28,435 nucleotides of DNA, taken from the IMG/VR virus record IMGVR_UViG_3300020044_010367, positions 1 through 28,435 of that record. The stretch is one strand, 5' to 3'. Source of the DNA: a virus. Taxonomy: Duplodnaviria > Caudoviricetes. Below the pieces are notes generated by a model. It was not told the origin of the DNA and ran no database searches. It was given only the letters and a program-made list of their open reading frames with translations. Made by a program: the position numbers and the translations under genes. Shown piece after piece: positions 8,749 to 18,169 of this stretch; position 1 is the stretch's first letter; each line of letters starts with the position of its first letter.

Positions 8749-11184
8749 ATGGCAGAAGAATTAATTTATAGCATAGTTTTCGAAGGCACAGACAAATCTA
8801 TTGATGCCATAAAATCTATTGACCAAGAAGTTGCCCGGTTGACAGGCGAGGTTAATAAATTAAATGCCGTAAAAAAAGAAAACGGAGCGTTAAATGATGC
8901 CGAAACAAAGGCATTAATTGACTTGAAGGCACAGATAAAGGCATTGAATTCCGACCGGGCGCAACAAGAAAGACAATTAATCAATATTAATAAGTCATTG
9001 AATGCGGAAACGGCTTCCTACAATGAACTTACAACGGCCGTTAATGCTGCAAAAGCAAGGCTCAAAGAGTTACCAATTGACGAAACCAACGAGCAATTTA
9101 AAGAATTACAACAATTTGTTGCAAAAGGAACTGAGCGTTTAAAGGAATTCGACAAGAAAATTGGAGACAATCAAAGAAATGTCGGCAATTATGAGGAGGC
9201 AATTAATCGAGCTTCAAGCAAAATAACCATTTTTGGTATTAATTTAGGAGATTTAAAGGACAAATTTCAATCCGCAAAAGACGGAATTAACATAGTTAAA
9301 GGTGGATTTGCTTCATTTGACTTATTAAAGTTTAGTTTTTTTGGGCTTATAATACTTGGGTTAACTGCAATTATAGCTTTAGCGACCAAATTTGAGCCTG
9401 TTGTAGAGGCAATTGAGAGAGCATTTGCACAATTAAGCGCAACGGCCGACATTTTTGTAAATCGTCTTATAAAAATGGGAGATGCCATCAAAACAATTGT
9501 CTCTGGTAATTTCAAGGAGGGAATTGACAAGTTGAGTGGATCGTTTAAAGGCATGACCCAAGAAATGAAAGGAGCAGCAGAATTTGCCGGAAAACTTTAT
9601 GATAGAATGGACGAGTTGGACGATGTTAAGCGCAGAAATTTAATCACAGATGCAAGGTCAAGAAAGGAAATTGAGCAATTGTTGCTTCAATCAAAAGACA
9701 GGACTAAGTCAGATGCAGAACGGATTGGATTGTTGGATTTGGCCGCACAATTGGAAACAAAAGCATTGGAAAGAAAAAAGAAAGTAGCAAAGGAAGAGTT
9801 AGATTTAGCGGTTGCAAGCCTTGTCAATAAATCGCAATTGAGCCAAGACGAAATTTTACTTTTTGCGACAACCGAAGACGCTAAAACTCAGAAGCAATTC
9901 GACGAATCCTCCAAAAGAGGACAAATTACAGGAAAGGAGTTGGATGCGATTGCGGAAAAGGCCGCAGCAATTGAGCAAATTGAAAGTGATTCAATTAATT
10001 TACAGGAAAGAATTACCAACCGAAGAAATGCTTTGATTGAAGAGCAAAAAAAGGCAAAGGATGACCAAATTGCAAAAGAGAAGGAAGCAAAAGATAAGCA
10101 ATTGAAAAATGAGGAAGAAGTTGCTAAATTTCAAAAAGAAGTATCAGACGAAATTGTAAAAACAAAAGAGGAAGAAAGAATAAGGGTTGCAAAATTAGCA
10201 GCAGAACAATTAGGTTTTTTAAATAAGCAAGTTGAAGAGGAAAGTAGAATATCGGAACTAAGTAAACAATTAAAAATTGATGAATATGATTTGACTGTTG
10301 AATTTTACCAAAGTGGATATGCAACATTTAAGGAGTTTGAGGAAAAAAAATTAAACGATCTTAAGTTAGCAAATGAAAAAAAGAAAAAATTTGATGATGA
10401 ATATGCTGAATCTGTCAAAAAACATGAGGAGGATATTGCTAAAGCCAAAGAAATTGCGGCACAACAAATTAGTGGTATTTTGTCAGAAATAAATAATATT
10501 CAAAAACAAAGTGCGGATGAACAAATTGCTGCAATTGATGCACAGGCTCAAATTGAAATTGACAATGTTAATCAAAGCAATTTGAATGAAGAGGAGAAAG
10601 CGGCTAAAATCAAAGCAATACAACAACGGTCAGCCAAAGAAAAATACGATATTGAGGTAAAGGCCTTTAATGCAAACAAGGCAATTCAGGCTTTACAGGC
10701 AACAATTGCAGGGGCATTGGCAATCGTTCAGGCATTGGCTCAATTGGGCCCAATTTCGGGAGCGGTCGCAGCCGTTGGTATTGGAATTACAACTGCATTA
10801 CAAGTTGGAGCAATATTGGCTCAAAAGGCTCCGGCTCCTCCGGCATTTGCAAAAGGTGGATATGTCTCTGGTGCGGGATCGGGAACATCGGACTCAATTC
10901 CTGCAATGCTGAGTAATGGAGAATCCGTAATTAATGCAAGGTCAACATCCGCATTTGCACCCTTACTCTCTGCGATTAATCAATGGGGAGGCGGTCGGAA
11001 ATTTGCAGTTGGTGGAATTGTTGCCCCATCTTCATTTAATCAATTGGCTGAAAGCAATGCCAGAGGTCGGTCATTTGATGTTATAAACAACCGAATAGAC
11101 AGAATAAAGGTTTACCAAGTCGAGTCAGAGATGAGTTTAAGTCAGGTCAGAGTTGGAAATATTGAAGCAGAGGCAACATGGTAA
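8749..11184 (+). CDS. Tape measure protein
   Basis: Long coiled coil, QRNVGNY, hydrophobic segments, C-terminal FAKGG..GSGTSDSIPAMLSNGESVIN. Confidence 0.88.
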   Translation: MAEELIYSIVFEGTDKSIDAIKSIDQEVARLTGEVNKLNAVKKENGALNDAETKALIDLKAQIKALNSDRAQQERQLININKSLNAETASYNELTTAVNAAKARLKELPIDETNEQFKELQQFVAKGTERLKEFDKKIGDNQRNVGNYEEAINRASSKITIFGINLGDLKDKFQSAKDGINIVKGGFASFDLLKFSFFGLIILGLTAIIALATKFEPVVEAIERAFAQLSATADIFVNRLIKMGDAIKTIVSGNFKEGIDKLSGSFKGMTQEMKGAAEFAGKLYDRMDELDDVKRRNLITDARSRKEIEQLLLQSKDRTKSDAERIGLLDLAAQLETKALERKKKVAKEELDLAVASLVNKSQLSQDEILLFATTEDAKTQKQFDESSKRGQITGKELDAIAEKAAAIEQIESDSINLQERITNRRNALIEEQKKAKDDQIAKEKEAKDKQLKNEEEVAKFQKEVSDEIVKTKEEERIRVAKLAAEQLGFLNKQVEEESRISELSKQLKIDEYDLTVEFYQSGYATFKEFEEKKLNDLKLANEKKKKFDDEYAESVKKHEEDIAKAKEIAAQQISGILSEINNIQKQSADEQIAAIDAQAQIEIDNVNQSNLNEEEKAAKIKAIQQRSAKEKYDIEVKAFNANKAIQALQATIAGALAIVQALAQLGPISGAVAAVGIGITTALQVGAILAQKAPAPPAFAKGGYVSGAGSGTSDSIPAMLSNGESVINARSTSAFAPLLSAINQWGGGRKFAVGGIVAPSSFNQLAESNARGRSFDVINNRIDRIKVYQVESEMSLSQVRVGNIEAEATW

Positions 11185-11194
11185 ATTTTTTTAC

Positions 11195-11202
11195 TATATT
11201 TG
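11195..11202 (+). promoter_or_regulatory. -7 box TATATTTG (ctatatttgcaaag) of putative sRNA-1
   Basis: 14-mer identical to 20601-20614. Confidence 0.55.
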
Positions 11203-11205
11203 CAA

Positions 11206-11268
11206 AGGTTTTTTTCATTGTTTTATTAAATTTGTCAAGAAAGGTCGCAGTAAAATGTGGCCTTTTTT
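11206..11268 (+). ncRNA. Putative small RNA 1 (U-rich, antisense to an ATG-start context)
   Basis: Promoter box, ~60 nt without an ORF, terminator. Confidence 0.4.
11240..11268 (+). terminator. Intrinsic terminator after the TMP gene
   Basis: aaaggtcgca-gtaaaa-tgtggccttt stem plus T tract. Confidence 0.75.
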
Positions 11269-11282
11269 GTTTATTTTTGCAC

Positions 11283-11477
11283 ATGCAATTGTCTGAAATT
11301 GATAAGTTTAAAGAGATTATTAATTTGTCAAAGTATGACAAGTCAAAGAATTTTAGGCTTTTGCACAATTGCAATTCTATCCTAAAAAAATACCAGATAG
11401 GAGGAGTTGATAATTGTTTGAACTGTTCTTTTTTTTTAATTCAAAATCAATGCAGAAAATACCTAAATCAGATTTAA
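11283..11477 (+). CDS. Hypothetical Cys-containing protein (start corrected to ATG 11283, 3 nt after TATTTTTG at 11272-11279)
   Basis: The upstream extension in the ORF track crosses a terminator; CLNC motif. Confidence 0.6.
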   Translation: MQLSEIDKFKEIINLSKYDKSKNFRLLHNCNSILKKYQIGGVDNCLNCSFFLIQNQCRKYLNQI

Positions 11478-11659
11478 TTGATGCAGCCGAAAAAGGCTTA
11501 TTTGATAAGGGGATTCGGGAAAGAGCAATTGTTATTTATTTTGAAAAGGAATTGAGGAAATGCGGTGGCATTGCGGACCAAGCGGTCAAAGAAACATCAA
11601 TAAGGTTTGGCATTTGTGAGAGGACAATTTATTCTTACATAAAATCATATCGGTCATAA
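11450..11659 (+). CDS. Small HTH DNA-binding protein
   Basis: AVKETSIRFGICERTIYSYIK HTH; precedes the head operon. Confidence 0.65.
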   Translation: MQKIPKSDLIDAAEKGLFDKGIRERAIVIYFEKELRKCGGIADQAVKETSIRFGICERTIYSYIKSYRS

Positions 11660-11708
11660 TTGTAAGTTTTGCAAAGTTCAGACAAATTTATTGTTTGATT
11701 TTTGCGTT

Positions 11709-12797
11709 GTGAAAACTATAAATCTATTTGGCGAAATCGGTTGGGATGTCACTTTGCAAAGTGTAATTAGCGACATGAATGGCTACGTTGGGGATAGTTT
11801 GACAATAAACATAAGCGGTCCCGGTGGATATGTTGACGAAGCATTTGCAATTTATGGCTATCTGCTTAATTGGAAGAAAGAAAACAAGGCCAAAATTACA
11901 TTCAATATTATTGGCACATGTGCCTCTTGCTCTTCATTCATTCCAATGGTCGGAGACGAGATTGTTGTAAATTCTGGAAGCCGTATGATGATACATTTGG
12001 CATCCGCATTTGGTGGAGGCAACTCCGAAGACTTGCGTAAAATGGCCAACGATTTAGAGTCTTACTCAAATCAAATTGCAGACATTTATCTGAAATCTAA
12101 CAAGAAAGGTAAAACTTTAGATGAGATCAAAAATTGGATGAATGCAGAAACATACTTTAATGCTCAAGAATTAATGGACTACGGATTTGCTACAAAATTT
12201 GAGGATGTCCGGGCAATTGCAAAAATTAAAAATAATAACGATAACCAACAAATAAACATGTCTAAATTAATTGACTCAATCATGGCAAAGGTTCAAACCT
12301 TATTAGCCGTAAAAAACGAAATTACTCCTGTAAACATTGACGGATCATTAGAGGATGGCACTCCGGTCCTAATTACTCCTGTCGACGAATCACTTGGTGT
12401 GCCTGTTGCCGGAGATATGGTTTCTCCTGCATTGCCAGAAGCAACAATCGTTGTAATTGGTGGCGAAAAATACCAAATTCAGTCAGACGAAGCAGGTTTA
12501 ATTCTTTCCGTTGTTGAAGTAATGGAGGAGGAATTAATGTCTGCCCAAAAAGTGAAAGAAATTGTTGACGAATTGTCTGCAAAATTTGAGTCTGACCTTG
12601 CTGCACTAAAAAACGAAATAGAGGCTATCAACAACGAGAAAAAAAATCTGAGCGATGCTCTTGTTGCGAAAGATGCCGAAATTGTAAATCTAAAACAAGT
12701 TAAAACTCCTGCAATTGGCAAAAAAGCCAAAGAGACTGAGCCAAAAAACTTGTCAGTAAAAGAAAGAGCATTAAAATCAATTGAATCCATAAAATAA
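11709..12797 (+). CDS. ClpP-type prohead protease with C-terminal scaffold (GTG start at 11709)
   Basis: GPGGYV, CASCSS (Ser), MMIH (His), ETYFNAQE; coiled-coil tail. Confidence 0.9.
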   Translation: MKTINLFGEIGWDVTLQSVISDMNGYVGDSLTINISGPGGYVDEAFAIYGYLLNWKKENKAKITFNIIGTCASCSSFIPMVGDEIVVNSGSRMMIHLASAFGGGNSEDLRKMANDLESYSNQIADIYLKSNKKGKTLDEIKNWMNAETYFNAQELMDYGFATKFEDVRAIAKIKNNNDNQQINMSKLIDSIMAKVQTLLAVKNEITPVNIDGSLEDGTPVLITPVDESLGVPVAGDMVSPALPEATIVVIGGEKYQIQSDEAGLILSVVEVMEEELMSAQKVKEIVDELSAKFESDLAALKNEIEAINNEKKNLSDALVAKDAEIVNLKQVKTPAIGKKAKETEPKNLSVKERALKSIESIK

Positions 12798-12817
12798 CCC
12801 CTAAATAATCAAATAAA

Positions 12818-13975
12818 ATGGCATTATCTTACTCAACCAACTCCTATATCGGAGAATTCGCTAAAGAAATGGTTGCCGACATATTGTTGTCTGGTGACAC
12901 TATCGAATCTGGAAACATTTCTGTTCATCCTAACATCAAAAAAGCAGAAAAAATCCAAACAATTTCAACAGATGCAATCTTTCAAAGCAGAGCAGATAGC
13001 TTCAACGCTTCTGGAACTACAACTGTAAGCGAAAGAACTTTGTCTCCTGTAAACTTGATGTCTCAAGATGTTGTTGGAATCAATGCGCTTTTAGCTGCAT
13101 ACCAATCAGCTCAAATGCTTCCCGGTGCAAACAACAATGATTTGCCAACGGAAATGGGCCAATTCCTTATCAATCGCAAAGCAGAAGTTATCAAAAACCA
13201 AATTGACGAACTTATTTGGAGAGGAGACGTTAGCCTTACAGGTAACTTAATCCGCAAATGGCACGATGGTTTAGTTACTTTGGCAGAAGCAGATTCAGCC
13301 GTAACAAAATACGATGCCGGAACAGGCGCACTTACCCCAACATCTGTTTCAGTTGGTGCAACAACTACTTTAGGTTTTGCAGCCGCAGTTACAACTTTGT
13401 ACGTTGGTGACAAAGTAAAATGTAAAGTGTTCACCGGAGCAGATGCCGCAACTTTAAATGACCTTACTTTTAATGTATTAGATGTAAGCGGTTCAAGCGT
13501 GGTAATTGATGCCGTAACTACAGGTCTAACCATTACTACCGGAGCAAATACTCGTTTACGTTTTATCAACCAATCAAACGTGTTGTCTTATCTTGGCAAC
13601 ATAATGAGAGTTAGTTCTGAGGCCGTAGTTGAGTCACCAGATTTTCGTATCTATGTGCCTGTCCATGTTGCAAATGCTTACATTGATGCAAACATTGCTG
13701 CAGGATTAAGTGGTTCAACTTCATGGGAGCGCAATGGTCAATTAATCTACAAAGACAAGGTAATTGCTAAACAAAAATACTTCCCAGAAAACACAATTTT
13801 TGCATCAAGAGTTGGCAACTTGTACTTTGGAACTGACCTTGTAAGCGATCAAAACGAAGTGACTGCCAAATACATGAAAGAGACTACTTTAGATGACGTT
13901 TATCGTTACTCTGCAAAATTCTCTTCATCCGTTAACTACGGCTTTGCAAGTCAAATCAAAATGGTTCGCGCCTAA
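12818..13975 (+). CDS. Major capsid protein with internal beta-rich insertion
   Basis: Follows the protease; IDELIWRGD, DGLV, NLYFGTDL motifs; biased codon usage; terminator downstream. Confidence 0.85.
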   Translation: MALSYSTNSYIGEFAKEMVADILLSGDTIESGNISVHPNIKKAEKIQTISTDAIFQSRADSFNASGTTTVSERTLSPVNLMSQDVVGINALLAAYQSAQMLPGANNNDLPTEMGQFLINRKAEVIKNQIDELIWRGDVSLTGNLIRKWHDGLVTLAEADSAVTKYDAGTGALTPTSVSVGATTTLGFAAAVTTLYVGDKVKCKVFTGADAATLNDLTFNVLDVSGSSVVIDAVTTGLTITTGANTRLRFINQSNVLSYLGNIMRVSSEAVVESPDFRIYVPVHVANAYIDANIAAGLSGSTSWERNGQLIYKDKVIAKQKYFPENTIFASRVGNLYFGTDLVSDQNEVTAKYMKETTLDDVYRYSAKFSSSVNYGFASQIKMVRA

Positions 13976-13986
13976 TTAATTAACAT

Positions 13987-14010
13987 AGTGGGGAGGCAAC
14001 TCCCCATTTT
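13987..14010 (+). terminator. Hairpin/terminator after the capsid gene
   Basis: tggggag-GCAA-ctcccca followed by tttt. Confidence 0.8.
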
Positions 14011-14024
14011 AATAAATATAAAAC

Positions 14025-14633
14025 ATGGCATTAACAGTACAAGGTGGAGGCATAAATTTAACTTGTCCAGACCTAAAACAATTCGGTGGGGTAAAAAAAT
14101 TATTCTTGGCAAATCAAGAGGACATTGTAAGTTGGACTCCCGACTCTACCAACACACACGAATACACTAATATAGTATTTGCCTCAGCAGGTGTAGGATT
14201 CGAGCAAATCGAATTTAAGCCGGGCGAATGTTCTTTAAAACAAGCCGAAGCAAAGGTAGACTCTGGCGCATTGGTTAACTCAATATCAATCGAATTCGCA
14301 GAGCCAAAACTTTGGACGAGCAATTTGAAGAAATTGGTTGACATTGCCAACAATTGTAAACTTGTTGCGGTTTGTGAACTTTATTCCGATTCTACAAACA
14401 AATTTTTGGTTGCCGGATTTGATGAGGTATTTACCGACGAGTCTTTCTTAGAAGTTACCAAATCTGACTTTGATAGTGGTAAAAAGAAAGAGGACAACAA
14501 TGGTTTTGTGATTACTTTGGAGGGCAAAATGGGCGAAAAATGCCGTCAATTGACAGGCATAAGTGGGGCCACAACTCCTGCAGTTACAGTTGTTGAAATT
14601 GAGACTGAATTAGTTGCAGCAACATCAATCTAA
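14025..14633 (+). CDS. Major tail (tube) protein
   Basis: C.D...GGVKKLFL N-terminus; SGKKKEDNNGFVITLEG motif. Confidence 0.7.
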   Translation: MALTVQGGGINLTCPDLKQFGGVKKLFLANQEDIVSWTPDSTNTHEYTNIVFASAGVGFEQIEFKPGECSLKQAEAKVDSGALVNSISIEFAEPKLWTSNLKKLVDIANNCKLVAVCELYSDSTNKFLVAGFDEVFTDESFLEVTKSDFDSGKKKEDNNGFVITLEGKMGEKCRQLTGISGATTPAVTVVEIETELVAATSI

Positions 14634-14809
14634 TGCTGAAAGTTAAAGAAAAATACAAAGGTCAAACATTGACCATTCTTGGAATTGGTTGCGTTGATTT
14701 GGACAAATTAGCGCAACCGATGCTCCAAGTAATTCAAGAAAAATATCCGGATAAATTCGTTGAAAATGCAAAATCAAAAAAACCTGCCAAAGACAAGGCC
14801 GATATTTGA
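14633..14809 (+). CDS. Hypothetical protein, 58 aa (MLKVKEKYKGQTLTI...)
   Basis: Manual translation; TAATG coupling to the upstream stop. Confidence 0.6.
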   Translation: MLKVKEKYKGQTLTILGIGCVDLDKLAQPMLQVIQEKYPDKFVENAKSKKPAKDKADI

Positions 14810-16079
14810 GGTTGCAAATTTAGGAACTCCGAAAATACCTCAGCCAGTTACCAATCTTAAAAGGGTTGCAACTCCTTACATTCCTTTTGGCGATCAAAAT
14901 GACTTTCCGCAAAATGTTGCCGAATTATGCAGAGAATCTGCAACTTTGGGGGCAATTATAGCAAGTAAAGGAGATTTTGCAGCAGGGGATTCATTTCAAA
15001 TAATTTCTAATCCAAGCATTGAGGCATTTTGTAAGAAAATTAATGGCAAAAATCAAAATTTAACTCAATTTATGGAGTTGATTTTTATTGATTATTACCT
15101 ATCTGGCAATGCTTATATTAGAGTTTGCAGACCAATAAATTCAAAAATACTTGCTGAATATTCGATTGAGCATATTCCTCAGCATACAATTAGATTAGCT
15201 TCTAAAACTAAAGGTTTTTATTACGCAACAGATTGGACTCAAAGAATAAACATTGATGAGGTAATTGGAGAATTTCCAAATTTTACTTCGATTGATGAGA
15301 CTTATGAGCAAAGTATAGTTCATTTGAAAGATTACGTTCCCGGTTTTGATTTTTACGGATTGCCGACATTTATGGGTGCAATGCAATATGCAAAATTGGA
15401 ATATTTAATTGGCCTTTACAATAATAATCAGTTTGACAACCAAATGCTTCCAAGTGGAATTCTGGAGGTGGTAACTGCAAACATGGAGGAGGCCGATGCA
15501 AAAAGGTTTATTGGAGACATCAAAAACAAATACACCAATGTCGAAAAAGGCAATAACGGCAAAATCTTGGTTGTTAGCAAGGACTCAAACGAAAGTAAGG
15601 CATCTTTTACCCCAATTTCGCAAGAGCAAGAGGGTTCATTTAAAGAATTAAAGGCAATTGCAACAGAAACAATAATAACGGCTTGTCAATGGTTTCCATC
15701 ATTGGCCGGAATTGCGACAGAGGGAAAATTGGGAAGCAACCAACAAATTGCACAGGAGTTTGAGATTGCAATTAGGCATGTGGGCAAATTGCAGAATAAA
15801 TTTAAAGAAGCGTTTAGGGCAATAATCAATTTAACCAATTCTGGAGATTTTGATTTAAAGATTATTACTAATAAGCCCGGCAATGCAACAAAATTAACTG
15901 AAAAGGTAAATTCTGACCAAATTGTTGCATTCAGAGACTTATTAAATGCTGCAATTGATGCTACCAACGACCAAAAAAAGAAAGCAATATCAAACGCATT
16001 TGTGATTTTATTTGGATTTACAAAGGACGAAGCTAATTCAATGATCTATGGCACAGACATTATTAATCTCAGCAAGTGA
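14766..16079 (+). CDS. Portal protein
   Basis: Size; PFGDQNDFP, YYLSGNAY, FYGLP, PSGI motifs. Confidence 0.85.
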   Translation: MQNQKNLPKTRPIFEVANLGTPKIPQPVTNLKRVATPYIPFGDQNDFPQNVAELCRESATLGAIIASKGDFAAGDSFQIISNPSIEAFCKKINGKNQNLTQFMELIFIDYYLSGNAYIRVCRPINSKILAEYSIEHIPQHTIRLASKTKGFYYATDWTQRINIDEVIGEFPNFTSIDETYEQSIVHLKDYVPGFDFYGLPTFMGAMQYAKLEYLIGLYNNNQFDNQMLPSGILEVVTANMEEADAKRFIGDIKNKYTNVEKGNNGKILVVSKDSNESKASFTPISQEQEGSFKELKAIATETIITACQWFPSLAGIATEGKLGSNQQIAQEFEIAIRHVGKLQNKFKEAFRAIINLTNSGDFDLKIITNKPGNATKLTEKVNSDQIVAFRDLLNAAIDATNDQKKKAISNAFVILFGFTKDEANSMIYGTDIINLSK

Positions 16080-16530
16080 TGTGGTTGCGGAATGCTTCAC
16101 AATGACCAAAACGGACACAAGTTTGGTCAAAAATACGCATATTGAGGCGGCACAAATCAATTCAATAAAGCCAATTTTGGGTGATACTTTATACGCAACT
16201 ATAATTGCACATAAAGCGGCCAACACATTGACGGCAAACGAAACCATTCTTGTCAATGACTATATTAAATTACCGTTGAAATGGTATTCCTATGCGAATT
16301 GCCTAATCAATATATTTAACCAAACAGGCTCAGGAGGTATTGTCAATCACAGAGACGAATTTGGCAACCAAGTTAGTGCAAGTGGATTTAATTTAACTCA
16401 GGCAGAAGCCAACAGAATTGGAGATACTTACCGGGAAGTATTGAAAAAATATTTGGATGACAACTTTACTTTGTTTCCAGATTACAAAAAAGCAACATTT
16501 GTCAAATCTTTTGGAATAATTGTAGATTAA
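16048..16530 (+). CDS. Head-tail adaptor
   Basis: AQ...IKPILGDTLY..I motif; follows the portal. Confidence 0.65.
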   Translation: MAQTLLISASDVVAECFTMTKTDTSLVKNTHIEAAQINSIKPILGDTLYATIIAHKAANTLTANETILVNDYIKLPLKWYSYANCLINIFNQTGSGGIVNHRDEFGNQVSASGFNLTQAEANRIGDTYREVLKKYLDDNFTLFPDYKKATFVKSFGIIVD

Positions 16531-16531
16531 A

Positions 16532-16882
16532 ATGGGAGTATTACACGCAAATTTGCCCGATGACCAACTGCACAATCCAAAAGGATTTGCGGGTGCTGAC
16601 AATGAATCTGTTTGTTACAAAAATTCGTCTGGTGAATTGGAGTGGATTGGAAAATCTGCATTTTTAAACGCAGGTATGTCAATGATTACCGGAACAATCG
16701 TCGGAACTCCGTCAATTATTGCAGATGCTGAATTAGTCGGCAAATCAAAGGCATTTTTGATTGTCGATAATATTTTTAAGGGAATTTTTACAATTCTAAG
16801 CGGATTGGACACAGTTAACGGAGAATTGACAGGAATAACAGGATTGGAAGACACACAGATTTATTTTATTTTGGCAATATGA
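16532..16882 (+). CDS. Putative virion/fibre-associated protein
   Basis: H..L.D.QLH.PKG N-terminal motif seen in phage structural proteins. Confidence 0.5.
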   Translation: MGVLHANLPDDQLHNPKGFAGADNESVCYKNSSGELEWIGKSAFLNAGMSMITGTIVGTPSIIADAELVGKSKAFLIVDNIFKGIFTILSGLDTVNGELTGITGLEDTQIYFILAI

Positions 16883-18165
16883 AAAAACTAATATTATTTT
16901 TTAGCTTAATTTATTCGATTGTAGTTGGACAAACTTACAATTTTAACGGCACTCAGACATTTAAGTCAAATGTCGGAATTGGAACTGCAACCCCTACCAA
17001 AAAATTGGAGGTAATTGGTACAATTAAAGGGGATTCAATTCAAGCGACAAGGCTAAAAATTACTACAGGTGCATCAAACGGATATTTGTTAAAATCGGAT
17101 GCAAATGGCAATACTTCATGGGCTAATCCATCAACTTTAGGAATTACAGGACCAACAGGAGCGACAGGAGCAACCGGAGCAGACGGCCAATCTGCAAGTT
17201 ATTACGAATATCAAGCAAGTACAAGTCTAAGTTTACCTCCTGCAAGTGGTAGGGTGACATGGAATAACGCAACTCAAAGTTCAGCTACAAACATCTACAT
17301 TAACCATGTCAATTCAAACGGAGTCGATGTTGAGGTTTTAATTGGATTATTGCAAAGTGGCAATAAAGTAATACTACAAGACGCTAACAATTCAGCCAAT
17401 TATCAAAAATGGACAGTTAATGGAAGTGTAACAGTGGTTTCAAATAGCTATATTCAAATTCCGGTAAATAGCTATGTTGGAACTTATTCATTTCCAAACA
17501 ACCATTCCATAATTGTTGCAATTGTAGCAAGTGGCGCACAAGGAGCAACAGGACCAACAGGGGCAAATGGTGCAACCGGAGCAACAGGGGCAACAGGAGG
17601 AGTTAGTGGTTTGACTGTTGGAAGCACCACAATTACAAGCGGAACAAGTGGAAGAATTCCTTACAACAATAGTGGAGTTTATGACGAGGATGCCGGATTA
17701 ACTTATTCATCCGCAAATAAAAGGCTGACTTTAGGTGGAACAACCGCAACAATTCCGTTGATTGCAAGAAATTCAACTTGGTCAACTAACTTTATAGTTA
17801 ACTCAAACAATGGCAGAAGTAGCGGTGCAATTGGATTTTGGAACGATGCCCTATCCTCAGCAATGAGGATGTCAATTTTATACCGTACTGAGTTTTCGAT
17901 AGTTGATGAAAACGCAGGTGCGGCTAATATGTATATTTTTCCGACAAGTACCTATTTGGTTAATCAAGTTTCGGTCAAGACTGGCTCAGCACCAACGGCA
18001 CACTTGCATATTGCTGCCGGAACTGCATCATCTGGCAACGCACCGTTAAAACTAACCGCAGGGACGAACCTCACAACACCCGAAAACGGAGCATTTGAGT
18101 TTGACGGATCGTTCCTTTACTTTACTTTAGGAGGCACACGTTATAAAGTCACATTAACCCCATAG
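16879..18165 (+). CDS. Collagen-repeat fibre-like protein with predicted N-terminal signal peptide
   Basis: GXT triplets, NVGIGTATP, APLKLTAGTNLTTPENGAFEFDG; starts MKKLILFFSLIYSIVVG/Q. Confidence 0.75.
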   Translation: MKKLILFFSLIYSIVVGQTYNFNGTQTFKSNVGIGTATPTKKLEVIGTIKGDSIQATRLKITTGASNGYLLKSDANGNTSWANPSTLGITGPTGATGATGADGQSASYYEYQASTSLSLPPASGRVTWNNATQSSATNIYINHVNSNGVDVEVLIGLLQSGNKVILQDANNSANYQKWTVNGSVTVVSNSYIQIPVNSYVGTYSFPNNHSIIVAIVASGAQGATGPTGANGATGATGATGGVSGLTVGSTTITSGTSGRIPYNNSGVYDEDAGLTYSSANKRLTLGGTTATIPLIARNSTWSTNFIVNSNNGRSSGAIGFWNDALSSAMRMSILYRTEFSIVDENAGAANMYIFPTSTYLVNQVSVKTGSAPTAHLHIAAGTASSGNAPLKLTAGTNLTTPENGAFEFDGSFLYFTLGGTRYKVTLTP

Positions 18166-18169
18166 TCAC

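Noticed and set aside
11178-11282. N-terminal hydrophobic extension of ORF 11178-11477
   Set aside because: It spans a promoter and terminator; ATG 11283 fits better.
11683-11690. Minus-strand promoter (CAAATTTA)
   Set aside because: CAAAnnTA is common by chance on this A-rich strand, and no convincing antisense gene follows.
13988-14170. 60-aa + strand ORF and other nested alternative-frame ORFs (2450, 3460, 6036, 7510, 10670)
   Set aside because: They start inside a terminator or lie within established genes, with implausible composition.
17140-17600. ggagcaaca repeats as CRISPR or DGR repeats
   Set aside because: They encode collagen Gly-X-Thr; no spacers, reverse transcriptase or template/variable repeat pair.
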